A stretch of 64,000 nt of DNA from an uncultured delta proteobacterium. GTDB taxonomy: Bacteria > Desulfobacterota > Desulfobacteria > Desulfobacterales > JAFDCJ01. Made by a program: the position numbers and the translations under genes. The notes below the pieces were generated by a model that worked only from the letters and a program-made list of their open reading frames with translations, was not told the origin of the DNA and searched no databases. The stretch lies in NCBI GenBank assembly GCA_963769935.1, contig CAVYNY010000016.1, positions 192,001 through 256,000 of the forward strand, given 5' to 3'. Shown here piece by piece: positions 60,856 through 64,000 of this stretch (its first letter is position 1; each line of letters starts with the position of its first letter).

Positions 60856-61365
60856 ATGAGACAGACAATTTCCTTGCTGAAAAATGAAGCGGGGGGTGTG
60901 GTTATCATCGCCGCCATCATGATTTTGGCTCTGCTTACAATTATCGGAATTGCATCCCTGACCACCAGCAATACCGAGGTGCGGATTGCCGGTCAGGAGA
61001 GTGTTTACCAGCAAAATTTTTACAACGCCGAAGGCGCCACGCTGGAAACCGTTGAGCTGCTGGAAAATATTTCCGATCCGAAAACGGCCGGCCTATCCTG
61101 GCTGGAGCTGAATATCGACAGTGTAACCGCTGCTGACATTCTGGATAAATCATTTTGGCAATCCGGCAACGGCACCGTCACACCGCAGCCATCGGCCGCG
61201 CTGGCGGATACGCAATTTATGGCTGTTTCCGAGGGAGCTGTTACCGGAACCTCGCTGGCCATGGGCAGCGCCAAGGTGCATGCTTACACAATATACGGCC
61301 GGGCGGCGCCCCCTAACAGGGGCGAGACCATCATCCAGATCGGATACCTGAAGGCGTTTAAATAA
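60856..61365 (+). CDS. pilX: Type IV pilus minor pilin PilX-like
   Basis: NEAG|GVVIIAA (no E5) and NFYNAEG. Confidence 0.85.
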   Translation: MRQTISLLKNEAGGVVIIAAIMILALLTIIGIASLTTSNTEVRIAGQESVYQQNFYNAEGATLETVELLENISDPKTAGLSWLELNIDSVTAADILDKSFWQSGNGTVTPQPSAALADTQFMAVSEGAVTGTSLAMGSAKVHAYTIYGRAAPPNRGETIIQIGYLKAFK

Positions 61366-61474
61366 AGTCCTGTAAGGGGCTTGGCGGCATTGAGTTGGCA
61401 ACGCCCACAGGAGAGAATACAAACGACTGGTCACTCCTCCAGGTCAGGGGGATCTCAAGTCGCAGGAGTAAAAT

Positions 61475-64000
61475 ATGAATACCCAAAAATTCGCGCTAAC
61501 TTGGTTGCTGACGATATGTTTTCTGACCGCCGTGTTTTTGCCGGCAGTCCAGGCCGAGTCACCGGATTATGGTGATAGCTGCTACTCGGCAAAAGTAATC
61601 GCTCTGAACACGACAACCAATGGATACATCGAAAAGGGCAATTGCGGATGGGTCTATGGTCATTGGCAATGTTCACCTAGCCCCGATAAAGACTACTTTA
61701 AGATTGTGGTCCCGGAATCAGGCTCCCTGACCATTTACACGACTGACTCAAATTACAACCCCGCCATGGACACGGAGGGCTACCTGTATGATGACAGTGA
61801 CTGCAATTACGGTGACATCATCGCCCACAATGACGATGCCGACAGTCCCAGTAATACAAATTTTCGGATTGTGCAGGCGGTAAACACCGGGACCTATTGG
61901 ATCCGCGTGCAAGGCGGACATACGGACATTCAGGGGTATTATCGACTGCACGTGGAGTTTGTCGCCCAGAACGCGCACAGCATCACGGCCAGCGCCGGGG
62001 CCGGCGGCAGCATTTCCCCCGCAGGGGATGTCGGTGCGGCCGAGGGGGGCCTCCTGAGCTTTGCGATCACACCGGATGCCTGCCATGAAGTGGCCGATGT
62101 GCTCGTCGACGGGGTTTCCGTGGGAGCCCAGACTTCCTATACGTTCACCAATATCACGGGTGACCACACTATAGAGGCCAGTTTTGTCGCAGCCGCGAAT
62201 TTTACGATCAGCGTCATTTCCGACGGCAACGGCCTCATATCCGACGGCAACGGTCTCATTACGCATACCGAGGGTGCTGTGACATTGAGCTGCGGTGAGG
62301 ATCAGGCAATTGAAATTGCAGCGCTACCCTCTTATAAAATCCTCGACGTTAAGGTTGACGGTGTGTCTGTGGTCGATCCTCTGACGGCGGGGGCAATGAC
62401 CACCTACACTTTCACCAACGTAACTGCCGATCATACGGTCACGGCCAGCTTCACCGGCATAAACGATTACATTATCGCCACCGTTGCCGGCGCCGACGGC
62501 AACATTGTGCCTTCGGGTCCGGTGGGCGTTGCATCCGGCGAAAGCCGGACGTTTAGCATCGCGGCGGACCCCGGATTTGATGTCAAAGAAGTCTGGGTGG
62601 ACGGCACCTCGGTGGGGATGGTGGACACCTATGCGTTTAACGATGTCCATGCCAATCATGAGCTGCGGGCGGAATTTAGTCCCATGGCGGGCCGGCCGGA
62701 CCTGGATACCTGTATTGACATATCCGATATACCGCTGGACACCCGTGTCCGGGCCGCGCCGGCCAATATCATGTTCGTGCTGGACGACTCCGGCAGCATG
62801 GACTGGGAGTTTATGACCGGCGAGAGCGAAGGTCAATTTGAAGGCGAGCGTTATATCTTCAACAACCCCGGCGATAATCTGTATTCCGACAGTTACATCC
62901 TGGACAGCAGTCAACGCAAAAAATGGAAATCCCAATGGTTTCGCTACAACATGCTGTACTATAACCCGCGGACGGAATATACACCCTGGCCGAACATGAG
63001 CGACGCGGACACGGCCCATCCGTGGTCCCACCCGCAGGTTACCACGGCGGGCTCGCCCAGCCTTAATCTGGCGGCCGAGTTTACCCAGATTTCGGCCAAT
63101 GGCGAGACGATTGTCGTCGACGACGGGGATGCCGAATTTTCGATCATCTCCGGCGACTGGAATACCAGCGGCTTTCATGCCGACGCGTATAACACCAACT
63201 TCACGGAATCTACGCTGGCTGACGAAGATAGGATCGCGCGCTGGGCGCCGAACCTTGCGGCGGGCAATTATGACGTCTATGCGAGCTGGGTGGCGGATGC
63301 CGCCTATTATGACAAGATGCAATATTTTGTGGTTCCCGACGGCATTGCTCCGGGAACCAAAATCGAGGTCGATCAGACCGCTGACGGCGGAACCTTCGGC
63401 GATAAGACCACAGCCAATTATCTGGGCAACTTTACCTTTACCCCCGCCGGATATGTTGAGATCTACATTAAACATGATCATGCCAAAGACTTCCAGGCAA
63501 GTGCCGATGCGGTCAAGTTTGTGCCCACTGACAGTGTCACGGCCAGCATCAAAAACGCTCATTATTACACCTGGTACGACGCCGATGAGGACGGTGAGCT
63601 GGACAGCGGCGAAACCGTCTACCTCGTGAATTTTGTGGATACCACCGGCGACGGCGCGCTCAACGCCCGGCAGTGGTATGCATTTGCCGACGACGGCGAT
63701 AATATCGTGGAAGCGGGTGAATTAACCGAAATTTCTGAATCCAGCGTGCCGGAGATCGTCATACCCTACAAGACGGCGGCGGATGATTTGCAGAACTTCG
63801 CCAACTGGTTTTCTTACTACCGGCGGCGGGAGCTGTCAGCCACGGCCGCCATGGCCACCTTAATCACCTACGCCCAGGGCATGCAAATCGGCATATACAG
63901 TATCAACGGAAATCTGAAGGTACCGGTGCACAAGATTAAAGTGGACGGGGTGGATGAAACCGCCGCCCTGTTGAACACACTGTATAGCCTTAAAGTCTCA
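61475..64000 (+). CDS. pilY1: PilY1/PilC-family tip adhesin, running off the window end (absent from the ORF track because it has no stop here)
   Basis: AGGAG RBS, signal peptide, NIMFVLDDSGSMDW at about 62765 and DLQNFANWFSYYRRR at about 63785 in the same frame. Follows pilX. Confidence 0.88.
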   Translation, partial: MNTQKFALTWLLTICFLTAVFLPAVQAESPDYGDSCYSAKVIALNTTTNGYIEKGNCGWVYGHWQCSPSPDKDYFKIVVPESGSLTIYTTDSNYNPAMDTEGYLYDDSDCNYGDIIAHNDDADSPSNTNFRIVQAVNTGTYWIRVQGGHTDIQGYYRLHVEFVAQNAHSITASAGAGGSISPAGDVGAAEGGLLSFAITPDACHEVADVLVDGVSVGAQTSYTFTNITGDHTIEASFVAAANFTISVISDGNGLISDGNGLITHTEGAVTLSCGEDQAIEIAALPSYKILDVKVDGVSVVDPLTAGAMTTYTFTNVTADHTVTASFTGINDYIIATVAGADGNIVPSGPVGVASGESRTFSIAADPGFDVKEVWVDGTSVGMVDTYAFNDVHANHELRAEFSPMAGRPDLDTCIDISDIPLDTRVRAAPANIMFVLDDSGSMDWEFMTGESEGQFEGERYIFNNPGDNLYSDSYILDSSQRKKWKSQWFRYNMLYYNPRTEYTPWPNMSDADTAHPWSHPQVTTAGSPSLNLAAEFTQISANGETIVVDDGDAEFSIISGDWNTSGFHADAYNTNFTESTLADEDRIARWAPNLAAGNYDVYASWVADAAYYDKMQYFVVPDGIAPGTKIEVDQTADGGTFGDKTTANYLGNFTFTPAGYVEIYIKHDHAKDFQASADAVKFVPTDSVTASIKNAHYYTWYDADEDGELDSGETVYLVNFVDTTGDGALNARQWYAFADDGDNIVEAGELTEISESSVPEIVIPYKTAADDLQNFANWFSYYRRRELSATAAMATLITYAQGMQIGIYSINGNLKVPVHKIKVDGVDETAALLNTLYSLKVS

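Noticed and set aside
62324..63562. Long antisense ORFs (412 aa here; also 9149-10189, 35011-35808, 48832-49488, 49814-50467)
   Set aside because: They are shadows of well-supported genes on the opposite strand and have no motifs of their own.

Overview
A 64 kb chromosomal segment, probably from a sulfate-reducing Desulfobacterota (Desulfobacterales-like) genome, inferred from a tetrahaem cytochrome c3, rubrerythrin, an MglA-type GTPase and the intergenic repeat style. I found no rRNA, tRNA or CRISPR array. It contains two separate type IV minor-pilin clusters (one ending in a PilX-like pilin fused to a lectin/beta-propeller, one ending in PilY1) and many signalling genes: three PilZ proteins, a degenerate GGDEF protein, a Ser/Thr kinase with an FHA protein, a STAND-type class III cyclase and two histidine kinases. 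It also holds a WYL regulator with a divergent two-gene operon, a two-component/vWA/PspA module, two paralogous radical SAM genes beside a patatin, fatty-acid/CoA metabolism genes, an IS21 istB remnant and many REP-, MITE- and periodic-type repeats. The best candidates for undescribed systems are (1) an operonic dockerin-bearing beta-propeller plus cohesin-PEP-CTERM anchor (22396-25084), (2) a WYL-controlled small-protein operon whose promoter has PafBC-like geometry (2874-4697), and (3) a dispersed sigma28-type regulon of c-di-GMP receptor and phospho-signalling genes. Five genes carry single-base frameshifts that look like assembly errors. All domain calls are by-eye motif recognition, not database hits.
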